Positions 8,519 to 18,347 of a stretch of 48,009 bases of DNA are shown here, piece after piece. The notes under the pieces were generated by a model. The model had not been told where the DNA came from. It searched no databases and was given only the letters and a program-made list of their open reading frames with translations. Each line of letters begins with the position of its first letter. The first letter of the stretch is position 1. The translations under genes and the position numbers were made by a program. Where the stretch lies: NCBI GenBank assembly GCA_964446435.1, contig CAYUOS010000002.1, forward strand, positions 1 through 48,009, read 5' to 3'. This stretch comes from an uncultured Rikenellaceae bacterium (GTDB lineage Bacteria > Bacteroidota > Bacteroidia > Bacteroidales > VadinHA17).

Positions 8519-9220
8519 CTATAAGTTTATCATATAGACTGAATGGCAGGCCGCGATACCTGCCGTTTCTGTTCTTAACCTGCACGGTCCGAGTGATGCT
8601 GCCCTGAAGCCGGCACTGCATGCAGCCTCAATTTCTGCAGCCGAAAAATCACCCTCGGGCCCGATCATTACGACACAATCTTCACCTTTGCTGCAGATAT
8701 TTTGTATATAGTCCTTCTCGATTGATCCACAGTATGTTATAACTTTGCATCCCTTCAATTCCGAGTTTAGGAATTCATTGAACCGAACAGGCTCGTTGAT
8801 TCTGGTCAGCCAGGTCTTCAGCGATTGTTTCATCGCTGAAACTGCTATTCTTCTGAGTCTTTCGGAGTTCACACTCTTTCTTACCGAATGGTCGCTTACA
8901 ACAAGCGAGATCTCATCGACACCGATTTCAACAGCCTTTTCAATGAACCAGTCGAGTCTTTCGCTGTTCGTAAGGGGCGAGATGGCAATATGAAGATAGT
9001 AATTACGTCTGTCGGCTCCTTCAGAGATGCTGGTTACATCTATCGTGCATCCCGATGGATCAGGTTTTTCAATTATTCCACGACCAAGCATACCCTTTCC
9101 ATCGGTTATCCATACCTCATCTCCCTTTCTTAGCCTGAGTACGCGAATGGCATGTTTCGATTCCACCTGGTCGAGCAGGCATGTTTTCCCAATGGGGCTT
9201 TCTGAGTAAAACAGATGCAT
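8519..9220 (-). CDS. rsmE: 16S rRNA (uracil1498-N3)-methyltransferase
   Basis: 233 aa with a PUA-like N-terminus (HAIRVLRLRKGDEV) and the C-terminal SPOUT knot motif MIGPEGDFS..GPCRLRTETAG. Confidence 0.9.
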   Translation of the reverse strand: MHLFYSESPIGKTCLLDQVESKHAIRVLRLRKGDEVWITDGKGMLGRGIIEKPDPSGCTIDVTSISEGADRRNYYLHIAISPLTNSERLDWFIEKAVEIGVDEISLVVSDHSVRKSVNSERLRRIAVSAMKQSLKTWLTRINEPVRFNEFLNSELKGCKVITYCGSIEKDYIQNICSKGEDCVVMIGPEGDFSAAEIEAACSAGFRAASLGPCRLRTETAGIAACHSVYMINL

Positions 9221-9239
9221 CTTTGCCTAAGACTGATTT

Positions 9240-12200
9240 TCAGGGGGTGAAATCATCGATAATATCCCTTCTTGACATTCTCCTCAGGAAATTCCTGTAC
9301 CTGTCTTCAAGGCTTATCATATATGTATACGGAACCCTTGTCGTTGACCTGGGGTCTCTGCGGTCGCGCACCTTCGCGTCAGCAATCAGCGAGTTGTATA
9401 CGCTGTTGCTCGAGAGGGTCATCATGGTACCCCTGAAATATGAGAAATAATACCATGTTGTCTCATTGGCCTTCAGGTAGATGTCTATAAGGTCTCCTGA
9501 GCGTCTCCTCTGTATCTCAATGTGGCCGTCGACATAGAGGTTCACCGGCTGCTGACCGATGAATCCAATTCCGATTCTGCCAACAGAGCGGAAAGATGAA
9601 GAGGCTTCATTCCACTCGAGAGTCACATCATTGAGGAAAAGTTCATAGATGAATTCCTGTGGCATATTGCGTACTGATCCGAATGTGCCTATCTCATCGC
9701 TGATGATACGGGCTGCTTTCTCTCCAAGTATAAGATTCAATCCCTTTCTGTAGAAATCGGTATTCAGACTGACAGGTCTGAGACCTGATGTTAGCCTTAT
9801 CTCGTCAGCCATCATTCTGAGTGCCGGGTTTGAAAAATGGAAATCTAACGCAAGGAAGGTCTGGATTGTTAATTTCTGGGAGTCAACAGAATGGATCGTA
9901 CGACCGGCGTTTGCCATAGTCAACAGATCGAAATCTGTTCCGAAATTGATTATACCTTCTCCTGACAGCACACAGAAGTTCCGGTCGAGGCTCACCATGT
10001 TGCCCGGAACAGAATTGTCGGTTAGTTTATTCAGGCTGGCAATCTTGTAAGTGCCTTCTGCCTTATCATAGAAGATAAATCCCTGGGCTGATACGAGGGG
10101 TGTGTCACTCCAGGACTTCCTTGGTGAAAGATAGGCCGGATAGATGTGAATGGAATCTGTATTCAGGAATGAGGTCGCGAATATCATATTATCATTAATG
10201 TCCCTGGGTTTTTCTGCAACAGGTATCATTACAGCATCGGGATTGATTTCTGATCTGAATTTAACAGGGAACGAGCTTATCTGCGAACAGCTATGTGTAA
10301 TTCCGGCTCCTCCGATAAAAGTCAGAAATTCTCTTCTGGCTGAAAGTGTGACATCGCCGGTAAAAGTAAAGAACGGACTTAACATGAAGTTCTCATTCAG
10401 ACCAATAAAACCTCTCGCGTTTGTGGTAAGCGTGTCAACCCTTATTTGTGACAGGGTAATTGGGCTAATCCTGCCATCTTCATCGCGGTAGTTGTAAATA
10501 CCTGCGCCGGAGTAATTCCTGGCTGAAGCAATCTTTACAGATGCCGAGTGTATCAGATGCCTGTTGTTAACCGCGATCAGGGCATTATCTATGGTGCTGA
10601 TATCGGCTCTTTTTCCAATCCTGATCTTACCCTCACCTGGTTGTATCAGTGCGTCTGCAATCGGGATATAATTAATACCGCCGGCTTCAATTGTCTCATC
10701 CCTTAGGTAATAGTACCCCTGCCGTGAGGCAAACTTAATTGTGTCGCGCATGCTGTTTGTCGAGAAGAATGTGGGTGGTTCGAGGTTATTTCTGGTCACC
10801 ATTTTTAGCTCCTCGGCCGGCATCAGCGTTGTTGAGCCTGTTCCCTTGTGCTCCATGCTCAGTACCTGACTCTCCATATCATACACGAAGTCTGACATCG
10901 TGGTGATGAACTCAATCTCAGGGAACTTTACAACCGACTCTTTGGAATAGAGGCTGAATCGTGTCTCCTGCAGGGCAAAGTCAATCTCGGTAAATGTATT
11001 CTCAGCAAGGAATGCGATGCCCTCTCCGCGAAGTGGTTTGAGAATATAATCAGAAGAATCAGCTTTTATTGAGTTGGCATTGAATCTGAAGTATTCTGAT
11101 GTCAAACGGGCATCGGGCCTGTCTATTACACCTCCTCCTTTCATCTCATGCGGTGTCTGATTAATATACCCGTCAAGCTTCGTCTGGTTGGAATACATGT
11201 CGAATTGCTTGTCTTTCTTGTTATAAGCAAACCATTCATCGCTCCGGGTGAGCCATCTTATGTCGGCGTCCCTTATATTGAGATCGGGATACTTCATGTC
11301 TGACGTTGCCCTGATTGAGAAATCAGAAGCCACGGTTATCATTGAGTCAGGGAATAGCATGAACTTGTCTGAGTAGGTTACTCCTGACAGCCGTTCGATT
11401 TTGCCGTTGCCGACAAGTCCCTTGTTGCTAATGCTTATAAAATCGAATAGCTCGGCTTTTCCGTCATAGATAGAAAGCCCTTCACTTCCTATGTTCAATG
11501 AAAATCCCAGTGAGTTGTCGTCCTGTATTATCAGGTTCTGTGGCATATCCTCAAGGATGTTTCCTCCGTGAAACATACCTGTAAGATGCAGATCAGTTGC
11601 CCTGTACCGGTCTATGTTTTCATATGAGAATGGATCGACCCTGAAGTAAAAGTCTGATTGCGGATATACTCCCTCAAGGCCCGGAATTTTGTCAAAAAAG
11701 ATATAAGAGTAAGTTGTTGAATTGATAATCGGATATTGCTGCAGACCTCTTCTTCCTGACTTATTGTCGGGAGCATCAATAAAGAGTTCTGCCGTTGCCA
11801 GCTGAATCAGGTTTTCTATCTCCTCGATGATCGGGTTTCCTAATCTGTCGCGCGCATCGGTTTCAACGGCGATCTGAATGGAGTCTATCCTGGCAAGGTC
11901 GATCTTGAATTTATCATAGTCAAATGAAAACTCATGTCCGAAGATTGTAAACAACCCTGCAACTACAACCCCGTCAAACCTGAAATTACGGTTCTTCTCA
12001 ATAATTAACTGATTTCGGTAGGGAAAGATTGCGACTCTTTGTGAGTCACTTAGGAACACATTCTGAACTCCGTTGATCGTTATATTAAAATTCTTGAGAT
12101 CAAGGATGGCGTTATCTGTCGGTGCTGAAACCTGGCTCGCGATTGATATAATATCATAGTCCTTTCTCCGTGCATAAGCGTTGATATAGTCATCAACCTT

Positions 12201-13730
12201 TGGTGTTATCGTTACTTCGTCAATGGCCCGGTCATAAAACAGAAAACCCTTGTTCGCGAGTTCAATACAGAGGCGGGTGACGGTTTCGACAGGCCTGTCA
12301 AGCCACCGGGCAAATTCACTTACCGGAAATGATTCTGAATAGAAGTATTCTGCAAACCTTTTCAGACTATACAGAGGGTGAACATCATCATAGTAGATCA
12401 TCTTTTCAAAAAGCATTGACCTGAAAAATGAGAAGGACTCGAACGAAGCCTGCCCGATTGATGCTCCTCTTGCTCTGGACATCTTGATATAGGGCTCATC
12501 CATATCCCAGTAGAGAAACTCGAAATACATATCGAGATTGTGGTAGGTGTTGAAGTATGGACTTCTTGATACCGGGCTGCTCGTTCTGAAGAAGTTGACC
12601 TCGCGTGTACCTGTCAGGTACTGGAATCCGAGGTTGGAATGGTAGATTGAGTCATCCTGAAGGTAGAGGGTCATCGATACCTCCTGAGAGTTCACATTTG
12701 CCCTGGTAAGCAGGAAGTTGGTCGATCGTACCCTGACGTAAAGGGTGTCGCTCCTGAACAATGAGATAACTGCAGGGGAATAGTTCTCTCCTGTGCCTCT
12801 TACGTTTGAGCCCTCAAATGTCAATCCTCCTTCATAAGTGACTCCTTCATAGATATTATCAATCCTGAATTTCCGGGTTTTGGTTTCAAACTTCGGAAAT
12901 GTGACGTTCTGAGGTAAGGCCGCCCTGATTGACTGGTCGGAAAGCTTGCCGGGAACCGGGGTTTGAAAGAACAGGTGATGGAATAATGTAGCTGAATCGG
13001 CAACAACCTGATTGCGGGTTACATCGAGCCTGTAATCGTAGATATCTGACCTCATCTCGGCCTCTGAAAAACCTGCCTTCTCCCATGATATCCTGCCTGA
13101 CAAGCCCTGAAATTCAAGCAGCTCCGGGAAGTAGGTGCCTTTTGCGTCATATATCACCGTACTGTCACCCTGTGAATAACATACCAGAGTTCCATTGCTG
13201 ATAATAACCTTGAAGACGGTATCATGGGTAAACGTAAAATCGCCGGAGTGAATATTCCATTTCACACTGCCTGATCTGTAAAGTGTGTTCTCGCTGATAA
13301 GGTAAGATGACATTTCAAGGTACCTTTCAAGAGCTGCATTAGTGTATCTTGGATTGAATACGGTCTCTGACAGCCCTTTAAGCCAGTCATTAAAGTATCC
13401 GAGCCCCCTTTCGGTCTTTGTGAATTCATTTACGGCCCGAAAGAAATTTATGAATCCGGTTGATGGCCGTATGTTTCGGGCTGCCATCTGACTCGATATA
13501 TTTATAACCCTGGTTCTTGTTTCATTGCTGACCTGAAGGCTATCCCACTTTGTGAGAAAACTGTTGAATACAGACGTCTGGTTTTCATTTAGATTCTGGC
13601 CCATGAATTTCTGCAATTCCTCCTTGTAGGTTGCCGGATCGCCACTGAAGTTCCTTCCGGTTTGCGACCACAGGTTAACCGATATGGCCAGCAGTATCGT
13701 GACAGCAAGAAATCTAGTCTGCATTCTCAT
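9240..13730 (-). CDS. very large exported protein of unknown function (1496 aa)
   Basis: Uninterrupted 4.5-kb ORF. The N-terminal signal-like segment is MRMQTRFLAVTILLAISVNLWSQ, with no lipobox Cys. Composition is rich in F, Y, N, S and I. I see no catalytic or nucleotide-binding motif and no obvious internal repeat. The gaps to prmA (6 nt) and rsmE (19 nt) are short. Confidence 0.8.
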   Translation of the reverse strand: MRMQTRFLAVTILLAISVNLWSQTGRNFSGDPATYKEELQKFMGQNLNENQTSVFNSFLTKWDSLQVSNETRTRVINISSQMAARNIRPSTGFINFFRAVNEFTKTERGLGYFNDWLKGLSETVFNPRYTNAALERYLEMSSYLISENTLYRSGSVKWNIHSGDFTFTHDTVFKVIISNGTLVCYSQGDSTVIYDAKGTYFPELLEFQGLSGRISWEKAGFSEAEMRSDIYDYRLDVTRNQVVADSATLFHHLFFQTPVPGKLSDQSIRAALPQNVTFPKFETKTRKFRIDNIYEGVTYEGGLTFEGSNVRGTGENYSPAVISLFRSDTLYVRVRSTNFLLTRANVNSQEVSMTLYLQDDSIYHSNLGFQYLTGTREVNFFRTSSPVSRSPYFNTYHNLDMYFEFLYWDMDEPYIKMSRARGASIGQASFESFSFFRSMLFEKMIYYDDVHPLYSLKRFAEYFYSESFPVSEFARWLDRPVETVTRLCIELANKGFLFYDRAIDEVTITPKVDDYINAYARRKDYDIISIASQVSAPTDNAILDLKNFNITINGVQNVFLSDSQRVAIFPYRNQLIIEKNRNFRFDGVVVAGLFTIFGHEFSFDYDKFKIDLARIDSIQIAVETDARDRLGNPIIEEIENLIQLATAELFIDAPDNKSGRRGLQQYPIINSTTYSYIFFDKIPGLEGVYPQSDFYFRVDPFSYENIDRYRATDLHLTGMFHGGNILEDMPQNLIIQDDNSLGFSLNIGSEGLSIYDGKAELFDFISISNKGLVGNGKIERLSGVTYSDKFMLFPDSMITVASDFSIRATSDMKYPDLNIRDADIRWLTRSDEWFAYNKKDKQFDMYSNQTKLDGYINQTPHEMKGGGVIDRPDARLTSEYFRFNANSIKADSSDYILKPLRGEGIAFLAENTFTEIDFALQETRFSLYSKESVVKFPEIEFITTMSDFVYDMESQVLSMEHKGTGSTTLMPAEELKMVTRNNLEPPTFFSTNSMRDTIKFASRQGYYYLRDETIEAGGINYIPIADALIQPGEGKIRIGKRADISTIDNALIAVNNRHLIHSASVKIASARNYSGAGIYNYRDEDGRISPITLSQIRVDTLTTNARGFIGLNENFMLSPFFTFTGDVTLSARREFLTFIGGAGITHSCSQISSFPVKFRSEINPDAVMIPVAEKPRDINDNMIFATSFLNTDSIHIYPAYLSPRKSWSDTPLVSAQGFIFYDKAEGTYKIASLNKLTDNSVPGNMVSLDRNFCVLSGEGIINFGTDFDLLTMANAGRTIHSVDSQKLTIQTFLALDFHFSNPALRMMADEIRLTSGLRPVSLNTDFYRKGLNLILGEKAARIISDEIGTFGSVRNMPQEFIYELFLNDVTLEWNEASSSFRSVGRIGIGFIGQQPVNLYVDGHIEIQRRRSGDLIDIYLKANETTWYYFSYFRGTMMTLSSNSVYNSLIADAKVRDRRDPRSTTRVPYTYMISLEDRYRNFLRRMSRRDIIDDFTP

Positions 13731-13736
13731 TACTGG

Positions 13737-14582
13737 TTAGAGTTTTACATATGCTTCACAGATCCATTCATTTTTTTCGACAATCGATAAGCGATCCAGA
13801 CCCGAATCAGATGCTGATTTCGCTATATCATTCACGTCATGCGAGTAATATCCGCTCAAGAGGATTGTACTCCCTGAAGGCAGCATTTCAGAAAGAGCTT
13901 TCATGTCGGTTGTAAGGACATTCTTGTTTATGTTGGCAAGAATAATATCATATTGACCGCTTATCAGTCTTATGTCAGACACGGTGCCTGTAATGGCCGT
14001 TACATCTGATATCCTGTTTACGGATAGGTTGTGTATGCAGTTTTCGGTCGCTACAGGATCATTATCAACGGCGACTACTGATGATGCGCCCATCATTGAT
14101 GCCAGGATGGCCAGGATTCCGGTACCTGCACCATAATCAAGAACAGTTTTGTCTTTAAAAGTTTGTCCAAGCATCTGGCTCATCATCAGCTCGGTAGTCT
14201 CATGGTGGCCTGTTCCGAAAGCCATCCTGGGCTCAATGACTATATCATAAATAATTTCATCAGGCCTCTGGTGGAAAGGAGCTCTTACCGAAACTTTTCT
14301 GTCTATTATCACAGGATCAAAGCTCTTTTCCCATACATCATTCCAGTTAATCCCTGGCAACAGGCTTGTGGAAAAGGCGAATCCCAGTCCTCCATCATGC
14401 CTGAAAAGCCTGTGATTCCTAAGAACTTCAACATCGAATGAATTAGCCGGAATGTAGACTGTTAAGCCCTCTTCGGTTTCAAGCACTGAGTCAATGCCAA
14501 TCTCCGTCAGCATCGCTGCTGCTATGTCGCGACCGTCTGTAATACCTACCGGTACCTCAATTCTTATCTCAATATAATCCAT
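13737..14582 (-). CDS. prmA: ribosomal protein L11 methyltransferase
   Basis: 281 aa. It carries the SAM-binding motif LDYGAGTGILAI, the AFGTGHHETT motif and ILANI. Confidence 0.9.
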   Translation of the reverse strand: MDYIEIRIEVPVGITDGRDIAAAMLTEIGIDSVLETEEGLTVYIPANSFDVEVLRNHRLFRHDGGLGFAFSTSLLPGINWNDVWEKSFDPVIIDRKVSVRAPFHQRPDEIIYDIVIEPRMAFGTGHHETTELMMSQMLGQTFKDKTVLDYGAGTGILAILASMMGASSVVAVDNDPVATENCIHNLSVNRISDVTAITGTVSDIRLISGQYDIILANINKNVLTTDMKALSEMLPSGSTILLSGYYSHDVNDIAKSASDSGLDRLSIVEKNEWICEAYVKL

Positions 14583-14585
14583 TCC

Positions 14586-15347
14586 TTAACCAGCAGCAGA
14601 TATTATGTCGCAGAATTCCGAAGCCTTGAGAGAGGCTCCACCGATAAGGCCACCGTCTACATCAGGATTTTCAAAGAGCTCTGCAGCATTTGATGCCTTG
14701 CAACTTCCTCCATAGAGGATAATTGTTGAATCGGCGACGGCTTTTCCGTATCTTTTTTCAACCTGCCTGCGGATATAATTATGAATCTCCTGGGCCTGTC
14801 CGGGTGTGGCAGTTACACCAGTTCCTATGGCCCACACAGGCTCGTAGGCAATAACAACCCGTCTGAAACTCTCCTCAGGCAGATTGAATATACCCTCCTC
14901 GAGCTGCCTGCTGACTACCTCAAAGTGGATGCCAGCTTCCCTTTCTGAAAGGATCTCTCCACAGCAGAAGATTACCTTGAGGCCTGCGTCGAGAGCCATG
15001 GTTGTCTTCCTTGATAGTGCTTCTTCTTTCTCACCGAATATCGTTCTTCTCTCAGAGTGTCCGATTATCACCCATGAGGCTCCTGTGCTCTTTATCATTT
15101 GTGCAGATACTTCTCCGGTATATGCCCCTGAAAGCTCTGAGGAACAATTCTGTGCCCCGGTTTCAATCCTGCATCCTGCGAGTAACCTGGCAACACCCTC
15201 AAGATGAGTAAAAGGAGTGCATAATATTACACCGCTGCTCAGATGCTTTTCTTTTTCAGTTATTTCCTTTATCTCCCCGGCAAGCTTAAACCCCTCTCCA
15301 AGGGTTAGATTCATCTTCCAGTTACCTGCAACAATCTTTTTTCTCAT
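14586..15347 (-). CDS. tpiA: triosephosphate isomerase
   Basis: 253 aa with the motifs AGNWKMN, IIGHSERR, AYEPVWAIGTG and LIGGASL. Confidence 0.95.
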   Translation of the reverse strand: MRKKIVAGNWKMNLTLGEGFKLAGEIKEITEKEKHLSSGVILCTPFTHLEGVARLLAGCRIETGAQNCSSELSGAYTGEVSAQMIKSTGASWVIIGHSERRTIFGEKEEALSRKTTMALDAGLKVIFCCGEILSEREAGIHFEVVSRQLEEGIFNLPEESFRRVVIAYEPVWAIGTGVTATPGQAQEIHNYIRRQVEKRYGKAVADSTIILYGGSCKASNAAELFENPDVDGGLIGGASLKASEFCDIISAAG

Positions 15348-15362
15348 TCTGCTTAAAAATAT

Positions 15363-16586
15363 TTAGTTAACTCTTTTATTATCAATGTTTTTATGGAACC
15401 AACAGTTGGCTATAAACAGAATAATAAACATAGCTGTCATGAATATTGATCTGTCTCTTGCCCCTTCTCTGATAATCCTTGCAGTCAGATTGCCATTTAA
15501 CCACTCGATGTCAGGGAGTGTCGATGGCGACCATTTGGCCAATATCGTACCATCCTTCAGCAAGAGATATCCCGGATTCGACCTTATGATCGTTTTCAGT
15601 AGAGTTCCGTCGGCAGTGCAGAATTGCAATCCGTTAAGGTATTTCTCAGTCGCCTGCCTCGTCGTTGAGGTGACGACGTAGAATGATATGTCGCTGTATG
15701 CCAGGTTGAACCCTGTCGCAAATCCCCTTTCAAGGTCTTTTTTGTTAGCCTTGTCAAGATTATGTGATATCATAAGAATTGAATACCCGGTGTCGTATAA
15801 CAGGTAGTCAGTTATCTCTCTTCCCTCGATAGTGCTTATGTGAAAATCTTTGACAGGCGGCACATATCCCCTCGACACCAGAATCGATCTCTGATCAACG
15901 AACCTCCATGTTGTGTCTCCTTCAGGATAGTTATCAAGGGAAAACTCTCTTCTTATGCCATCCTTCTCATAAATAAGAGTAATATCGAAGACGTCGTGAG
16001 GTGCGTTCTCAGGCACTGTCATACTTTCAGGAATGCTGGTGCCGGTTTTGTAGGGTCTGAAATCCATTACCGGCAGATACCTGATATTGTATGCCATAAA
16101 AAGGAAGAAGAAGATCAGCGTTGAGCCTGCAAGCATTATGTTTATTGAGAATGACCCCTGAGGAGGAGAATACTTCCTTAAAGTCTTTAGCAGGACTAAG
16201 GCAATTGCAAAAAGTAAAACATTCTTGAAGAAAGTCTCCCAATTGGTAAGATGAATAGCATCGCCGAAACAGCCACAATCGCTTACAGGTTCATAGATTG
16301 CCAATATAAGTGTAAGAGGGGTAAATACGACCATGAAAAACGAATAGAGATAAACCGCTATTCTGTAGAAGCTCCCTGTTATAAGCATTATACCCGTAAT
16401 GAATTCCAATGCACACAGCAACATGGCAGCTACCAGCAGAATTCTGTCATCCATAGCCACACCCGCCGCTGAGAGATAATCTGAGAACTTTATCTGTGAA
16501 CCTACAGGATCGATAGCCTTTACGAATCCTGAAAATATGAAAACAATTCCGCCAAGATATCTTGAAATTAAAACCAGGATTCTCAT
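15363..16586 (-). CDS. MauE/DoxX-family membrane protein with C-terminal extension (BT_3928-like)
   Basis: 407 aa. The N-terminal half has several hydrophobic helices and the SDCGCFGD motif typical of MauE/DoxX. A soluble-looking segment of roughly 230 aa follows, then a terminal hydrophobic helix. Confidence 0.75.
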   Translation of the reverse strand: MRILVLISRYLGGIVFIFSGFVKAIDPVGSQIKFSDYLSAAGVAMDDRILLVAAMLLCALEFITGIMLITGSFYRIAVYLYSFFMVVFTPLTLILAIYEPVSDCGCFGDAIHLTNWETFFKNVLLFAIALVLLKTLRKYSPPQGSFSINIMLAGSTLIFFFLFMAYNIRYLPVMDFRPYKTGTSIPESMTVPENAPHDVFDITLIYEKDGIRREFSLDNYPEGDTTWRFVDQRSILVSRGYVPPVKDFHISTIEGREITDYLLYDTGYSILMISHNLDKANKKDLERGFATGFNLAYSDISFYVVTSTTRQATEKYLNGLQFCTADGTLLKTIIRSNPGYLLLKDGTILAKWSPSTLPDIEWLNGNLTARIIREGARDRSIFMTAMFIILFIANCWFHKNIDNKRVN

Positions 16587-16587
16587 T

Positions 16588-17277
16588 TTATGGTAGTATT
16601 TTATTGGTAATAAGCAGATTCCGTATCATCATGAATATTTCTTCCGGGGGAAGCATATTTCCCTTCCTGTCTGAGCAATCAAGAATTGTGAGACGTTTAT
16701 CATAGGTTGCCGTCTCGAGATAGACATCCCTTACCTTTTTCTGGAAGCCCATATCTGCTTCATGTACGTCAGCAGATCCATTAAGGTATTTTCTGTCTTC
16801 GCCTGACCTTTCAGCCTTAAGTTTTTTCTCCGTAAAACTGAAAGGTACGTCAAGGAAGATATTGATGTCGGGCAGAGGAATACCGAAATGGCTGAACTCA
16901 AGTTCAAGAATCCATTCTCTAAGCTTTTTTCTCTCATCGGGTTCATCCGATTTTGCACACTGATATGCAATGTTTGAGTATGTATACCTGTCAAGTACAA
17001 CAAGCTGCTTCTGCTTCAGCCAGCTCCTGATATTATCTGCGGCATCATTCCTGTCTCCTGCATACAGCAATGAGACAAGATAAGGGTCAACCTCTGCTAC
17101 GCCTCCAAAGTCTCCTCTAAGGAAACGTGCAATCAGCTCTCCGAAAAATGGAGCATCAGTTCTGGGGAAATGAACATAATTGTATCGTACACCTTCCTTT
17201 TCAAGATAACTTGTCAGAAGTTTGATTTGTGTGGACTTTCCGGCTCCGTCCAGACCTTCAATAACCACAATTTTCAT
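16588..17277 (-). CDS. tmk: thymidylate kinase
   Basis: P-loop MKIVVIEGLDGAGKST plus DRYTYSNIAYQ. The start is set at the ATG at 17277 (229 aa), not the ORF-track ATG at 17319, because a -7 box lies at 17297..17304 between them. A single nt separates its stop from the next gene's ATG. Confidence 0.85.
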   Translation of the reverse strand: MKIVVIEGLDGAGKSTQIKLLTSYLEKEGVRYNYVHFPRTDAPFFGELIARFLRGDFGGVAEVDPYLVSLLYAGDRNDAADNIRSWLKQKQLVVLDRYTYSNIAYQCAKSDEPDERKKLREWILELEFSHFGIPLPDINIFLDVPFSFTEKKLKAERSGEDRKYLNGSADVHEADMGFQKKVRDVYLETATYDKRLTILDCSDRKGNMLPPEEIFMMIRNLLITNKILP

Positions 17278-17296
17278 CAGATCTGATTTACAGTTG

Positions 17297-17304
17297 CAAA
17301 TGTA
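17297..17304 (-). promoter_or_regulatory. candidate -7 promoter box TACATTTG for the tmk-to-rsmE operon
   Basis: The plus strand reads CAAATGTA, which is TACATTTG on the minus strand. It lies 20 nt upstream of the ATG at 17277. It is the only consensus box I found upstream of this six-gene minus-strand block. Confidence 0.5.
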
Positions 17305-17456
17305 ACCAAATAAGCACATTTCTGAGGTAGATGAGAAGTGTTAAACTTTGTGTTTTTAACAATTTGTCAGGTTGCCATGCCGGTGCAATTAGTCCACTCC
17401 TGTAAACAAGGCTATTATTTCCTATTTTTACGCAGTAGTATTAAAGTGCCGGACAG

Positions 17457-18305
17457 ATGGAACACAAAAGGCTGTTAAATGCAGGAGGCAGGCTGATTGA
17501 TTGCAGCAAGCCATTGGTAATGGGAGTAGTAAATGTTACCCCAGACTCATTCTACAGGGGTTCGAGGCATACTTCGGTTAGCAGTGTGCTTGAGATTGTA
17601 ACCCGAATGGTTGTGGAAGGTGCTGACATAATTGATATCGGCGGGTATTCTACAAGGCCGGGTGCAGGCGAGGTTTCTGAAGCGGATGAAAGGAAGAGGG
17701 TCGTTGTGGCATTGAAGGCCGTCAGGAAGGAGTTTCCTGACCTGCTTATCTCGGTTGACACTTTCAGGTCATCAGTCGCACTGGCAGCAATCTCAGAGGG
17801 CGGTGCTGACATTGTAAATGATATATCAGGAGGCGTGCTTGATGAATCAATGTATGGATTGGTTGCCTCATTAAGAATACCATATGTGATGATGCACATG
17901 CAGGGCACGCCTGCGACGATGCAGGAAAACCCTGTCTATGGTGATGTTGTCTCAGATATCATTGAGTGGTTTGGAAAGCGGATACCTTTACTTGAGGAGA
18001 CAGGCGTTAATGATATAATTATTGATCCCGGTATTGGTTTCGGGAAAACAATCCGGCACAATTTTGAGATAATAAGACGGCTATCAGAGTTTGAAGTAAT
18101 AGGCAGGCCCTTAATGGCCGGTGTGTCAAGGAAGTCACTGATATGGAAAACACTGGGCTCATCTCCAGATGAGGCTCTTAACGGCACCACTGCACTTAAT
18201 ATGGCCCTTCTGATGAATGGAGCAGACATTATAAGGGTTCATGACGTACGTGAGGCTGTTGAGACCGTGAGATTGTATGAGAAAATATCGGATGTAGCTA
18301 TATAG
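17457..18305 (+). CDS. folP: dihydropteroate synthase
   Basis: 282 aa with the motifs GVVNVTPDSF, DIGGYSTRPGA, VNDISGG and GVSRKS. Confidence 0.95.
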   Translation: MEHKRLLNAGGRLIDCSKPLVMGVVNVTPDSFYRGSRHTSVSSVLEIVTRMVVEGADIIDIGGYSTRPGAGEVSEADERKRVVVALKAVRKEFPDLLISVDTFRSSVALAAISEGGADIVNDISGGVLDESMYGLVASLRIPYVMMHMQGTPATMQENPVYGDVVSDIIEWFGKRIPLLEETGVNDIIIDPGIGFGKTIRHNFEIIRRLSEFEVIGRPLMAGVSRKSLIWKTLGSSPDEALNGTTALNMALLMNGADIIRVHDVREAVETVRLYEKISDVAI

Positions 18306-18319
18306 CCCACAGGTTTTAT

Positions 18320-18327
18320 TACATTTG
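18320..18327 (+). promoter_or_regulatory. candidate -7 promoter box TACATTTG for cdaA
   Basis: Perfect TAnnTTTG, 21 nt upstream of the ATG at 18348. Confidence 0.45.
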
Positions 18328-18347
18328 CCTCATATAAAGTTATCCTT

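Noticed and set aside
17339-17361. An inverted repeat TGTTAAA-N9-TTTAACA between tmk and folP.
   Set aside because: It has a 7-bp all-weak AT-rich stem with no T-run and no second copy. It cannot be distinguished from chance in an AT-rich divergent promoter region.
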